From positions 448,001 to 512,000 of the forward strand of contig CAVSTP010000002.1 of NCBI GenBank assembly GCA_963730935.1: DNA of 64,000 nt. Direction: 5' to 3'. Shown here in pieces: positions 29,301 through 38,026 of the stretch; position 1 is the stretch's first letter, and every line of letters begins with the position of its first letter. The notes below the pieces were generated by a model. That model was not told the origin of the DNA. It saw nothing but the letters and a program-made list of their open reading frames with translations, and ran no database searches. The position numbers and the translations under genes were made by a program. Origin of the DNA: an uncultured Nitrospiraceae bacterium. GTDB taxonomy: Bacteria; Nitrospirota; Nitrospiria; Nitrospirales; Nitrospiraceae.

Positions 29301-29784
29301 GAAGCCCTCGGATCCGTTCTACAAGGTCGCCCGGTTGATGATCCGTTGTAAGTACAACCCGGCGTATCCGTACCACGTGACGATGGCGAAGCACGCCCCG
29401 TACGTGTCCACGGCGAAATCGGTGAAAGGCCACGAGACCCGGCCGGACGGACGGGCCATCGCGGTGGACACCGGTTATCAATCCAACTTCCGGTACGGGG
29501 CCCAACAGTCCTTTACCCGGTCGTGGCTGATGCCGATGCACCAAACCGACTCGCTCCCCGGCAAGCACGCGATTGCCTGGAAGTTCAAGTGGGGCTACGC
29601 GATCGACCACCATGCGGTCAATACGACGCCGAAAGAATGCTTGATCCGCATCACCAAGGCGGAAGACGGCGGCATCGGCGCTCGCGGTCCATGGGAACCG
29701 GTCCGGACCGGCTTCACTCCGGGTCAGGAGAACGAGTTCATGATCAAGTGGCTCAAAGGCGAACACATCAAGATCAAGGTGTAA
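26347..29784 (+). CDS. nxrA: Nitrite oxidoreductase alpha subunit (periplasmic type, Mo-bisPGD)
   Basis: Tat signal SRRQFLK, FS0 motif CSPNDTHGC...PRMC, NYTWHGD Mo-ligand region, GGAGG SD and strong codon bias. Confidence 0.97.
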   Translation: MFLSRRQFLKVTAGTVAAVAVADKVLALTALQPVIEVGNPLGEYPDRSWERVYHDQYRYDSSFTWCCSPNDTHGCRVRAFVRNGVVMRVEQNYDHQTYEDLYGNRGTFAHNPRMCLKGFTFHRRVYGPYRLKGPLMRKGWKEWMDAGGPELTPDVKRKYKFDARFLDDMMRVSWDTAATYAAKGCILIATRYSGEAGARRLREQGYAPEMIEMMKGAGVRCFKHRAGMPVLGIIGKMMNTRFNGGVLPLLDSWIRKVDADRAQGGKYYSNYTWHGDQDPSHPWWNGTQNCDVDLSDMRFSKLNTSWGKNFVENKMPEAHWKLESIERGARIVVITPEYNPTAYRADYWIPVRPQTDAALFLGSCKLILDENLQDIDYIKQFTDMPLLVRTDTLQYLDPRDVIADFKFPDFSKSYSGRIQALKPDQIERLGGMMVWDLNKKQAVPLHREQVGYHFVQSGIDPALTGTFRVKLLNGREVDVSPIYQMYLVHLQDYDLDTVAQITRAPKDLIVRYGRDSGTIKPAAMHNGEGVCHYFHMTEMGRAAALISTLTGNIGKFGTGCHTWSGNYKAGIWNATPWSGAGLAVHTGEDPFNQTLDPNAHGKEIKTKSYYYGEEVGYWNHGDTALIVNTPKYGRKVFTGKTHMPSPSKVRWVTNVNILNNAKHHYDMVRNVDPNIEMIVTQDIEMTSDVNHADIAFACNSWMEFTYPEMTATVSNPWVQIWKGGIRPLYDTRNDADTFGAVAVKLTEMTGDVRIRQVFHFVYMNRVDVYVQRALDASATCYGYSADVMLKSEKGWMVMGRTYPRHPLWEETNESKPQWTRCGRIETYRIEPEAIEYGENFVVHREGPEATPYLPNAIMTSNPYVRPDDYGIPITAQHHDDKHVRNIKLPWGEIKRNQNPLWEKGYQFYCVTPKTRHRVHSQWSVNDWVQIYESNFGDPYRMDKRTPGVGEHQLHINPQAAKDRGINDGDYIYVDGNPVDRPYRGWKPSDPFYKVARLMIRCKYNPAYPYHVTMAKHAPYVSTAKSVKGHETRPDGRAIAVDTGYQSNFRYGAQQSFTRSWLMPMHQTDSLPGKHAIAWKFKWGYAIDHHAVNTTPKECLIRITKAEDGGIGARGPWEPVRTGFTPGQENEFMIKWLKGEHIKIKV

Positions 29785-29867
29785 GGCCAGAGTCATGCAA
29801 CTTGACCAAGATGTCACCAATGAGAGTCTTATTCACCATTTGATCATGACCAGAAGGAGGATTCACA

Positions 29868-31157
29868 ATGCCAGAAGTCTATAACTGGCAACTGGGACGG
29901 AAGATGCTGTATCCCTACGAGGAGCGGCATCCGAAGTGGCAGTTTGCCTTTGTGTTCAACATCAATCGGTGCTTGGCCTGTCAGACCTGCAGCATGGCTG
30001 ACAAGTCGACCTGGCTCTTCTCGAAGGGGCAGGAGTACATGTGGTGGAACAACGTGGAGACCAAGCCCTACGGCGGGTATCCGCAGTTCTACGACGTGAA
30101 GATCACGCAGTTGGTCGAGCAGGTGAACCCGGGCGGGCAGGTGTGGAACGTGCGGGTCGGCCGCAAGCACCATGCGCCCTACGGGGTGTTCGAAGGGATG
30201 ACCATTTTCGACGCCGGCGCCAAGGTGGGCCAGGCGGCGATCGGCTATATCCCGACGGACCAGGAATGGCGGTTCGTCAACATCTACGAGGACACCGCGA
30301 CCTCGATGCGCTCCCTGGTGGAGGGCATCGATAAGTCCGGCTTCTCGCGGGATGAACCGTGGCGCCTCACCGGCAGCAGCCTGCCGGAGCATGAGACGTT
30401 CTTCTTCTACCTGCAGCGGATCTGCAACCACTGTACGTACCCGGGCTGCCTCGCGGCCTGTCCGCGCAAGGCGATCTACAAGCGGCCGGAAGACGGCATC
30501 GTGCTGATCGACCAGAACCGCTGCCGCGGGTACAAGAAGTGTGTGGAGCAATGTCCGTTCAAGAAGCCGATGTACCGGGGCACGACCCGGGTGTCGGAGA
30601 AGTGCATTGCGTGCTATCCGCGGATCGAGGGCAAGGATCCGCTGACGGGCGGCGAGCCGATGGAAACGCGCTGTATGGCGGCCTGCGTGGGGAAGATCCG
30701 CATGCAGAGCCTGGTGCGCATCGGCGAGGACGGCCTGTGGGCGGAGGATCGGTGGCACCCCCTGTACTACACCATTCGGGTGGAGCAGGTGGCGCTGCCC
30801 CTGTATCCGCAGTGGGGTACCGAGCCCAACGGCTTCTACATTCCGCCTCGGCACAGCCCGCGCGGCTATGCCCGGCAGATGTTTGGCCCGGGCGTCGACA
30901 ATGCGATCGAGAAGTACCTCGTGCCCAGCCGCGAACTGTTGGCGGTCCTCCAGCTGTGGAGAGCCAGCCAGCAGATCGTCTTCCGGTACGATGTCATTCC
31001 GGGCCCGAAAGTGTTCGAAACCCAGATCCACGGGAAGCGGTTCGAGATGTACAACGACACCGTGCTGGGCTTCAACAAGTCGGGTAAGGAAGTGGCGCGT
31101 ATCCAGGTCGAAGAGCCGATCTATGTGCGGCCGGCCGAGCGCGTGAACTGGCTGTAA
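29868..31157 (+). CDS. nxrB: Nitrite oxidoreductase beta subunit
   Basis: Fe-S motifs CLACQTCSMAD, CNHCTYPGCLAACP, CRGYKKCVEQCP and CIACYP...CMAAC. Confidence 0.97.
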   Translation: MPEVYNWQLGRKMLYPYEERHPKWQFAFVFNINRCLACQTCSMADKSTWLFSKGQEYMWWNNVETKPYGGYPQFYDVKITQLVEQVNPGGQVWNVRVGRKHHAPYGVFEGMTIFDAGAKVGQAAIGYIPTDQEWRFVNIYEDTATSMRSLVEGIDKSGFSRDEPWRLTGSSLPEHETFFFYLQRICNHCTYPGCLAACPRKAIYKRPEDGIVLIDQNRCRGYKKCVEQCPFKKPMYRGTTRVSEKCIACYPRIEGKDPLTGGEPMETRCMAACVGKIRMQSLVRIGEDGLWAEDRWHPLYYTIRVEQVALPLYPQWGTEPNGFYIPPRHSPRGYARQMFGPGVDNAIEKYLVPSRELLAVLQLWRASQQIVFRYDVIPGPKVFETQIHGKRFEMYNDTVLGFNKSGKEVARIQVEEPIYVRPAERVNWL

Positions 31158-31180
31158 TACGCAGCTAGGATCGCTTCACG

Positions 31181-31222
31181 GAGGGGCAGGGTTCCCGAAG
31201 GGACCCTGCCCCTTCTGTTTTT
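31181..31222 (+). terminator. Rho-independent terminator of nxrAB
   Basis: Stem-loop GAGGGGCAGGGTTCC-CGAA-GGGACCCTGCCCCTTC followed by TGTTTTT. Confidence 0.85.
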
Positions 31223-31330
31223 ACCGGTCTTTTGCCTCAGGGCCCATGCTGCTTCTGCGCGCTTGACGGGGTAGGGGGGGTCCAGTAGAGTTGTCCAATG
31301 TTTCACGGCTTTCCATGAGGTGCGGGCAGC

Positions 31331-31660
31331 GTGACCTCCGGTCAAGACCAGTCAATTCCATTTGCGGCACAGGCGATACCGTTCGACGAGTTCCTGGCCG
31401 TGGGGAAACTTCCCGAAGGGTACTTGACGAGTGAATATGTGGCGCAGCAATTCGTCGAGCGCCTCGTTCACTATATTCTCAGCGTGCCTTCGGGCAGCTA
31501 TACAATGGCCCAGCTCAGCCACCTGCTGGAACAGCTCGATCCGCGGACACAGGTCTTTTTCTTCAAGCGGTTGAAGGAAACCAGTCCGGACAGCTTGAAG
31601 GATTTTGCCCCACTCTATTATGGGTTTATGAATGAGTTCCACTCTCTCCTTTTTACATGA
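31331..31660 (+). CDS. Hypothetical protein
   Basis: 109-aa ORF with a GAGG SD and an upstream TTGACG-17-TAGAGT promoter. Confidence 0.75.
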   Translation: MTSGQDQSIPFAAQAIPFDEFLAVGKLPEGYLTSEYVAQQFVERLVHYILSVPSGSYTMAQLSHLLEQLDPRTQVFFFKRLKETSPDSLKDFAPLYYGFMNEFHSLLFT

Positions 31661-31743
31661 GGCCCCGAAATTTCCCTTTGTCGCATCCCAATTCTCATGT
31701 ATAATTGGATACTCGCCTATCGTTCTGAATATAAAGGAGTTCT

Positions 31744-32115
31744 ATGAATTCGACTCTTCAGCGCGCTGTTACCAGCTTTTATAATTTGGTCTATGAAGCC
31801 CAGACCTTCGCCACGACCATGGCACGTATCGATACAGCAGAGCAGGAGCACTATGCCGGTCGGATCGAGGGCCTCAATTGGGTTTTGGATCGATGTCAGG
31901 AACTTGAGGACATGGACGCCAATCTGACCCCGTCATCGCTGCAGCGTGTCCTGACAGAGGTCAAATCGGACCTGGATCACGAATTATCGGTGCAGCGTCG
32001 TGAAAAGGGGCGCCGCGCTGACGGTCGTGAAGAGGCATTGAACTTTGTGGCGGATTACCTGTCCAGTCTGATTACCGCGACGGAAATCGAATCGGCCAAA
32101 ACCTCTGCCGCCTAG
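31744..32115 (+). CDS. Hypothetical helical protein with internal duplication
   Basis: AAGGAG SD and TTGTCG-16-TATAAT promoter. The two halves are similar. Confidence 0.8.
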   Translation: MNSTLQRAVTSFYNLVYEAQTFATTMARIDTAEQEHYAGRIEGLNWVLDRCQELEDMDANLTPSSLQRVLTEVKSDLDHELSVQRREKGRRADGREEALNFVADYLSSLITATEIESAKTSAA

Positions 32116-32178
32116 TTCTCCCTCCTTCGGCAGCGCTCATTCCTTCCCGTCCGGTTGCAGGCCGAGTTGATTCACGTG

Positions 32179-32406
32179 ATGCGCGAGTGGATCATTTTTG
32201 CTCTGTGTTTGGGCGTCGGGGGTCATGTGGCCCTCGGTGTCATGTTGCACGCTCCCAACTTGTGGCCGTGGAGCACGGCCGGATTTTACGGCCTGTTGAG
32301 CGGATTGGCCGTGTATGCCGTCGTCCAAGGAGGACGAGGGCTCTGGCGTTTCCTCCGGTCGTCCAAGACACGGGAACAACAGCCTTCATCCCGCAGCTCC
32401 TGGTAA
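32179..32406 (+). CDS. Small two-TM hypothetical membrane protein
   Basis: Two hydrophobic segments; fills the gap between co-oriented genes. Confidence 0.6.
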   Translation: MREWIIFALCLGVGGHVALGVMLHAPNLWPWSTAGFYGLLSGLAVYAVVQGGRGLWRFLRSSKTREQQPSSRSSW

Positions 32407-32453
32407 GGCGCACGCATTGACCGTGCGAAGTCGCTTCCCTACAATTCATTGAT

Positions 32454-32729
32454 ATGCCGTTTCCTCCAGGAAAACCGAGCGGTCCAGGATGGCCTCGTGG
32501 CCTGACGGGGAAACCGGCAAGGCCGCGCACCACGGAACCACAAGATCAATTTGGATCGCTGCAGGCCTCACTGCTCTACTGCCCTCGCTGTCGGGTGGCT
32601 ACGCCCACGCGAGAACGGTTGCTGCTGGTGCTTCCGACAGGCAACCTGTACGAATACCTCTGCCAGGAATGTGGAACCTCGACGGGATCCAAGACCGAAC
32701 AGGAACGCGGCGGGATGCTACATCCCTAG
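32454..32729 (+). CDS. Zinc-ribbon hypothetical protein
   Basis: CPRC...YLCQECG, with an upstream TTGACC-17-TACAAT. Confidence 0.7.
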   Translation: MPFPPGKPSGPGWPRGLTGKPARPRTTEPQDQFGSLQASLLYCPRCRVATPTRERLLLVLPTGNLYEYLCQECGTSTGSKTEQERGGMLHP

Positions 32730-32772
32730 AGCGTCCGTACAGTCCTGCGACCCAGGTATCAGGAAGCTGGGG

Positions 32773-33063
32773 CTAGAGGATCTGGTCGAGAGGAATGCCC
32801 TCTTCGATCAGCATCACGGGGATATCTTCACGGATCGGGTACAGAATTTTTCGGTCGGCTCTGATCAAGCCGCCGTCCAGCAACTCGGTCACCGGCTTTT
32901 GTGCCTTATTCTTCAACACACCGCGGCTGACGGCATCGTTCATCTTATTGATCAGCGCCTCATCCGCCAGGCTGACGTCGAGTTTTGTATCGGGACAACA
33001 CAGGATGGCCAGTAGGTCCTTGTCCACTTGCACAGGACGTTTACCGCTCGGCTGCTCTGCCAT
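32773..33063 (-). CDS. Trm112/YcaR-family protein
   Basis: LLAILCCP...LYPIREDIPVML. Confidence 0.85.
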   Translation of the reverse strand: MAEQPSGKRPVQVDKDLLAILCCPDTKLDVSLADEALINKMNDAVSRGVLKNKAQKPVTELLDGGLIRADRKILYPIREDIPVMLIEEGIPLDQIL

Positions 33064-33202
33064 GAAGCCCTCACATCGACGACCTGAAACCGAGACAGGA
33101 TAAAACACCATTGTTCTGAGATCAAGACCGTGTTCGCACATCCACTTGGCGGGTATTTCTGTTACACTACGGCTAAGCTAAGCGCGTTCACCGCCGAAGA
33201 CC

Positions 33203-33817
33203 ATGAGGACAGTTTCACGCTATTTTTTGACCGGCCTGTTGGTGCTCTTGCCCACATGGGCGACATTTCTCATCCTGTCGGCGCTCCTATCGGCTGTCAA
33301 TCGCGCCATTGCGGACGTGCTTGGCCAGGTCGGCGTCATCGCCACGCCATTCATCGGGGTTTTGCTTTTCGTCCTTCTGGTCCTGGCAGCCGGCGCGTTC
33401 GGTACACACCTGCTGGGGAGTCGCATCATTGCCTCGATTGAACAATGGATCACCCAGATACCGCTCGTTCGCAGCATCTATCTCACGATCAAGGGTATGA
33501 CCGACCTGTTTCAGTTTCGATCGCGTTTCGGCCGGAGCACGGTCATCGCATTCCCCTTTCCCCGCGATGGAGTTTGGGCCTTGGGGTTCGTGATGGGGCC
33601 CGCGCCGCGGGCGGTGCAGATCGATCCTGCCACGACGTTATTGATGATTTTCGTTCCGACCGCTATTCATCCGTTCACCGGGTATCTGGCCTTCGTTCCG
33701 CATCTGCAGGTCCGCCCCCTCAATCTGCTTCCTGAAGATGCCATGAAAATGGAGTTCTCTGCCGGATTCTACAAGCCCGCAGAGGGTTGGCTCGCAGCTC
33801 CAAAAGCTACGGCGTAG
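33203..33817 (+). CDS. DUF502 membrane protein
   Basis: YFLTGLLVLLP, IPLVRSIY, ALGFV and IFVPT..PFTG. Confidence 0.9.
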   Translation: MRTVSRYFLTGLLVLLPTWATFLILSALLSAVNRAIADVLGQVGVIATPFIGVLLFVLLVLAAGAFGTHLLGSRIIASIEQWITQIPLVRSIYLTIKGMTDLFQFRSRFGRSTVIAFPFPRDGVWALGFVMGPAPRAVQIDPATTLLMIFVPTAIHPFTGYLAFVPHLQVRPLNLLPEDAMKMEFSAGFYKPAEGWLAAPKATA

Positions 33818-33821
33818 CATA

Positions 33822-34346
33822 ATGGATGTACTGCCCCAGCTGACCGTCCGACAAGCCGGCAGGGATGATGTGGATTCCATCGTCGCGTTCAGTGCCGCCA
33901 TGGCCTTGGAAACAGAACAGCGGCAACTCGATCAGGCGAGGCTTCGGGAAGGCACACAGTCGTTACTGAGCACGCCCTCTCTCGGCTTTTTCATGGTCGC
34001 GGAGGTGCAGATAGCCCAGCGGCCTGTGCTCGTCGGGCAATTGATGATTACGTACGAATGGAGCGACTGGCGAAACGGCGTCTTTTGGTGGATTCAAAGC
34101 GTCTATGTCGACCCTAACTGGCGGCGTCGAGGCGTCTTTCGCCGGATGCACGACGCAGTTGCCTCACAAGCAAAAGCCGACCCGAAGGTGTGCGGTATTC
34201 GGCTTTACGTGAAGCAAGACAATCATTCTGCTGAAACCGTTTACCAGCGTGTGGGCTTGGCTCGATCAGCGTACAGGGTGTACGAGGATGATTTCGTCCT
34301 GCCTAAAGAGCGCCCATCTCAGGCGCACAAAAAGGAGGTTCCATGA
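33822..34346 (+). CDS. GNAT N-acetyltransferase
   Basis: TYEWSDWRNG, IQSVYV...RRRGVF and the N..A..VY..G motif. Confidence 0.9.
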   Translation: MDVLPQLTVRQAGRDDVDSIVAFSAAMALETEQRQLDQARLREGTQSLLSTPSLGFFMVAEVQIAQRPVLVGQLMITYEWSDWRNGVFWWIQSVYVDPNWRRRGVFRRMHDAVASQAKADPKVCGIRLYVKQDNHSAETVYQRVGLARSAYRVYEDDFVLPKERPSQAHKKEVP

Positions 34347-34717
34347 AGTGTGTTCGACCGCTGCTACTCCTTGTGGCAGTCGTCATCCTTACCGGAGGTT
34401 GTGCCTTCGTGCGAGGCACCTACGGAGAGGAGGTTAAGCCTCTGGACCTCTCCTCAATTAAAAAGGGAACGACGACACGAGCAGAGGTTGCGACCTTACT
34501 GGGAGCGCCTGAAAGAATCGTGGAGGTGAATGATCATGAGATTTTCCAATACTATCATTTCGATATGAAATCTGGTCTCCTTCTCTTTTTTTCGCGAACG
34601 AATGTCATAAGCGAGGACGTTTTTGTGTTTTTCGATAAAAATGGAATTGTAGAGGACATTGTTGTGGGCAAGAAGAAACCGGTTCCTGAAATGCAATTTT
34701 GGCCGTTCGGTGAGTAA
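34343..34717 (+). CDS. BamE/SmpA-like lipoprotein
   Basis: Lipobox TGGC, IKKGTTTRAEVATLLGAP and VFFDKNGIV. Confidence 0.7.
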   Translation: MKCVRPLLLLVAVVILTGGCAFVRGTYGEEVKPLDLSSIKKGTTTRAEVATLLGAPERIVEVNDHEIFQYYHFDMKSGLLLFFSRTNVISEDVFVFFDKNGIVEDIVVGKKKPVPEMQFWPFGE

Positions 34718-34743
34718 CGTCTGGCCAAAAGGATAAAGCCCCA

Positions 34744-35172
34744 ATGCGGTTTCTGGTCCGTCCTTTCGCACTCTGCCTTCTCGTTGCAAGTCTCTCAAGC
34801 TGTGGGCCGGTCATATGGCAGCGCCTGACTCTCAATCAACCCATTACGAAGGACGAAGTCGCATTTATTCATGAGGGGAAAACCTATCTGTCCGAGGTCG
34901 CAAAAGAGCTCGGTTCGCCAGATGAGATTCTCAACCTAAAGAATCGTCTGGTGGCCCGGTATCACTTCAGCGATACCAGATATTTTCGGATTAATTTTGG
35001 CTGGGGCCTTCGATTTTTTATCCCATACTATACTCCGGACCTGGTTCTCAGTGGAGGAGGGTCTGGGACTGACGTGTTTGATGTCGCCTGTGATTCTCAC
35101 CTTGTCGTTCAAGAGACATCGTTTGCTTTTCACAAAAGCTCCTCACGTTTTAACTTTTGGCCCTGGGACTAG
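34744..35172 (+). CDS. BamE/SmpA-like lipoprotein (paralog of the preceding gene)
   Basis: Lipobox LSSC and IHEGKTYLSEVAKELGSPD. Confidence 0.6.
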   Translation: MRFLVRPFALCLLVASLSSCGPVIWQRLTLNQPITKDEVAFIHEGKTYLSEVAKELGSPDEILNLKNRLVARYHFSDTRYFRINFGWGLRFFIPYYTPDLVLSGGGSGTDVFDVACDSHLVVQETSFAFHKSSSRFNFWPWD

Positions 35173-35267
35173 GATAAGATCGCCGCTCAGAAGCAGAACT
35201 TGCATTGCCTGGAATTGCCGCCTCCGGCTTGTCCCGCTATAATCCCGCTCTACCGCAGCATCGACAT

Positions 35268-36470
35268 ATGATCTCACTTCGACCAGTTTTCCGACATGCT
35301 TTGACGCTGGCGCTGTGTTGTCTGCTGGCGTCCTGCAGCATCAAGGCCCATGCGAGCGACCCTCAAGACTCCCGCATGCGGGTGCGCGATCTCGGTATCG
35401 TCATTGGCACCTATGCCACGGGTCCTCTCAACGCGATTACGGACGTCGCGGGCGTCAAAGTCGGGCACACGACTCTAATCTCTGGCGATGGGCCGTTGAA
35501 GCCAGGTGTTGGCCCGGTTCGGACAGGCGTCACCGTCGTCATTCCTCGGGATGACGTCTGGCACAAGAAGGTCCCGGCGGGCTCATTCGTCCTGAATGGC
35601 ACGGGCGAGATGACCGGACTGGCCTGGGTAAGCGAGGCGGGGTTTTTGGAGTATCCGATCGCGCTCACCAACACGTTGAACGTGCCACGCGTGGCCAATG
35701 GCGTGATGACTTGGATGATCGGGCAATATCCGGGGATTGGCATCACCGACGACACTTTAACTCCGGTTGTCGCAGAATGCGACGACGGCCGCCTCAACGA
35801 TATTCAGGGACGGCACGTCTCGGAAACCGACGTCGTCGAGGCGCTTAACGGCGCTACAAGCGGTCCGGTGAAAGAAGGGACGGTCGGAGCAGGCACGGGC
35901 ATGGTGTCGTTTGGATTCAAGGGAGGGATCGGGAGCGCCTCGCGAAAGCTTCCTGATCCGGAGGGCGGTTATACGGTCGGGGTACTCGTCAACGCCAATC
36001 ATGGCCGGAAGCCGGAGTTGATCGTCGCAGGCGTACCGGTCGGCCGGTTATACGACGCCTCGCCTGCCGCGACGACGACGGCGGAGCCAGGCCAGAGCGA
36101 AGGTTCAATTATCATCATCGTGGCCACTGATGCGCCGCTCGATGCGAGGCAGCTCAACAGGCTCGCCAAGCGAGCCGCGTTAGGGCTGGCCCGGACCGGG
36201 TCAACAGCTCGTCACGGAAGCGGCGACTTCATTCTCGCCTTCTCTACGGCAAACGTCATACCACACTATCCCGAACAACCGACCTATCCTCTGACCCACC
36301 TCGCGGATACACACATGAATCCTCTCATCGCCGCGACGGTCGAAACCACAGAGGAAGCGATCGTGAATGCGTTGACCATGGCCACGACGATCGTTGGACG
36401 CGATGGCCACAGGGTTGAAGCCATTTCGCTTACACGGCTCCGCGACCTTCTCGCGTCGCGCACGCCTTGA
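35268..36470 (+). CDS. P1/S58 (DmpA-like) aminopeptidase, exported
   Basis: NAITDVAGVKVGH, NGTGEMTG, GAGTGM...FKGGIG and the autoproteolytic G|SIII site. Confidence 0.92.
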   Translation: MISLRPVFRHALTLALCCLLASCSIKAHASDPQDSRMRVRDLGIVIGTYATGPLNAITDVAGVKVGHTTLISGDGPLKPGVGPVRTGVTVVIPRDDVWHKKVPAGSFVLNGTGEMTGLAWVSEAGFLEYPIALTNTLNVPRVANGVMTWMIGQYPGIGITDDTLTPVVAECDDGRLNDIQGRHVSETDVVEALNGATSGPVKEGTVGAGTGMVSFGFKGGIGSASRKLPDPEGGYTVGVLVNANHGRKPELIVAGVPVGRLYDASPAATTTAEPGQSEGSIIIIVATDAPLDARQLNRLAKRAALGLARTGSTARHGSGDFILAFSTANVIPHYPEQPTYPLTHLADTHMNPLIAATVETTEEAIVNALTMATTIVGRDGHRVEAISLTRLRDLLASRTP

Positions 36471-36546
36471 GAGGTCGACGTGAAGCGCTTGCATTTTCGT
36501 TGGTCCGCTGGCTATTCTCACGCCGCGTCTCGATGGGGAGGACGGA

Positions 36547-36774
36547 ATGAACGAATATCAAATCGGTGGCGGCCTTCGGTTGTTGACGGCCGTTGAAAAA
36601 ACCGATGCCTTCGGCGAGTTTCTAAAGACCAGGATGGTGCGGGCGCTCGAGACGGAAGATCCCACGGAGCTGCATTACTTGCTTGCCCAGTTAGATGACT
36701 ATCACTCTTACATGTGGCGCTACTATAAGAAGCTTGCGAAAGATCGAGCTGAGCGGATGAATCCCGGCGTGTAG
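36547..36774 (+). CDS. Hypothetical protein (75 aa)
   Basis: GGAGGA SD, and 10 bp from the next gene. Confidence 0.7.
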   Translation: MNEYQIGGGLRLLTAVEKTDAFGEFLKTRMVRALETEDPTELHYLLAQLDDYHSYMWRYYKKLAKDRAERMNPGV

Positions 36775-36784
36775 GTTCAGATCC

Positions 36785-37996
36785 ATGGTGACGCAAGAGA
36801 TTCAAAGCCAAACCACGACCGGCCTCCGGTTCGCGTCGACCCTGTCCAGGAAAACCGATACAGAAGCAGCCGTTCGCGATCTCGCCGATGCGGTACGGAT
36901 GCAAATCGGTCAGGGAGCGATTCACCTGGCCTTTGTGTTTTTCTCCCCCCATCATGCCCAGAAAGTCGATCTCATCGCGCGGATGATCCGCGAAGAATTG
37001 TCCATAGACGTCTGCCTCGGCTGTTCGGGGGAAGGGGTGATCGCCGATGCGGAGGAATTGGAAACGTCCCCGGCATTGACGCTCTGGGTCGCGTGCCTCC
37101 CGCAGGTCCGCCTGACTCCGCTGCGGTTGGCCTTTTCGGAGATTCACGATCAAATCCATATGCCGGGATGGCCGGAGCCGAGCGCAGAATCGAGCACCTT
37201 CATCCTTCTGGCCGACCCTTTCACAACGCCCATTCACGATGTCCTCTCCGTCATAGCCGAACGCTACCCGAACGCGCAAGCAGTCGGAGGGTTGGCGGGA
37301 GGTGGTCGTGGCCCCGGAGACAATCGGCTCCTGAAGAATGGCGAGGTCTTCGACGGAGGAGTGGTCGGAGTGCAACTCTCGGGACCCATCGCCATCAGGA
37401 CCGTGATCTCGCAGGGTTGTTGTCCGATTGGAGAGCGGTATGTGGTCACCCGGGCGGAGCAGAACATGGTGTTCGAACTTGGGGGTAAACCTGCATTGAC
37501 TCGTCTGCAGGAAGTGTTCGAATCGCTGGAAGGAACCACTCGGCGGGATGCTCATCGTGCATTGCACATCGGCATCGCCATCGATGAGCATCGCAGCCGT
37601 TTTGAGCGCGGCGATTTCTTGGTGCGCAACCTTGTGGGAGCAGATCAACAAGCCGGGGCAATCGCCATCGGGGATCTCGTACAAGAGGGCCAAACGGTTC
37701 AGTTTCAGCTTCGTGACGCCAAATCCGCGAGCGACGATCTTCACGTGCTTCTCGCCGCTGATCGCTCAAAGCACCGAAAGCCGCCGTTAGGCGCGCTGCT
37801 GTTCAGCTGCTGCGGGCGAGGCGAAGGCCTCTTCGGGCAAACCCATCACGACAGCAGGGTTGTGCAGGAACGCGTGGGACCGATTCCGGTTGCGGGGTTC
37901 TTCGCACAAGGGGAGATCGGTCCGGTAGGTGGGAAAAACTTTCTTCACGGCTATACGGCAAGCGTCGCCCTTTTCTCACGGCCGGATGAGAATTAA
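36785..37996 (+). CDS. FIST N/C-domain protein
   Basis: GCSGEGVI, VGGLAG, SQGCCPIG, FSCCGRG, GFFAQGEIG and LHGYT. Confidence 0.92.
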   Translation: MVTQEIQSQTTTGLRFASTLSRKTDTEAAVRDLADAVRMQIGQGAIHLAFVFFSPHHAQKVDLIARMIREELSIDVCLGCSGEGVIADAEELETSPALTLWVACLPQVRLTPLRLAFSEIHDQIHMPGWPEPSAESSTFILLADPFTTPIHDVLSVIAERYPNAQAVGGLAGGGRGPGDNRLLKNGEVFDGGVVGVQLSGPIAIRTVISQGCCPIGERYVVTRAEQNMVFELGGKPALTRLQEVFESLEGTTRRDAHRALHIGIAIDEHRSRFERGDFLVRNLVGADQQAGAIAIGDLVQEGQTVQFQLRDAKSASDDLHVLLAADRSKHRKPPLGALLFSCCGRGEGLFGQTHHDSRVVQERVGPIPVAGFFAQGEIGPVGGKNFLHGYTASVALFSRPDEN

Positions 37997-38026
37997 GCAC
38001 CAAGACCATGCGGACAAGGAGTACTC

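Noticed and set aside
26371..31031. Long antisense ORFs over nxrA and nxrB (up to 395 aa), and similar shadows over pepN, gcvP and the FIST gene
   Set aside because: These are the expected shadows of strong codon bias in GC-rich genes. They have no recognisable motifs or start signals.
25554..31220. nxrAB as an island integrated at tRNA-Gly
   Set aside because: nxrAB lies on the 5' side of the tRNA. There is no integrase and no duplicated tRNA 3' end, and the codon usage looks native and highly expressed.
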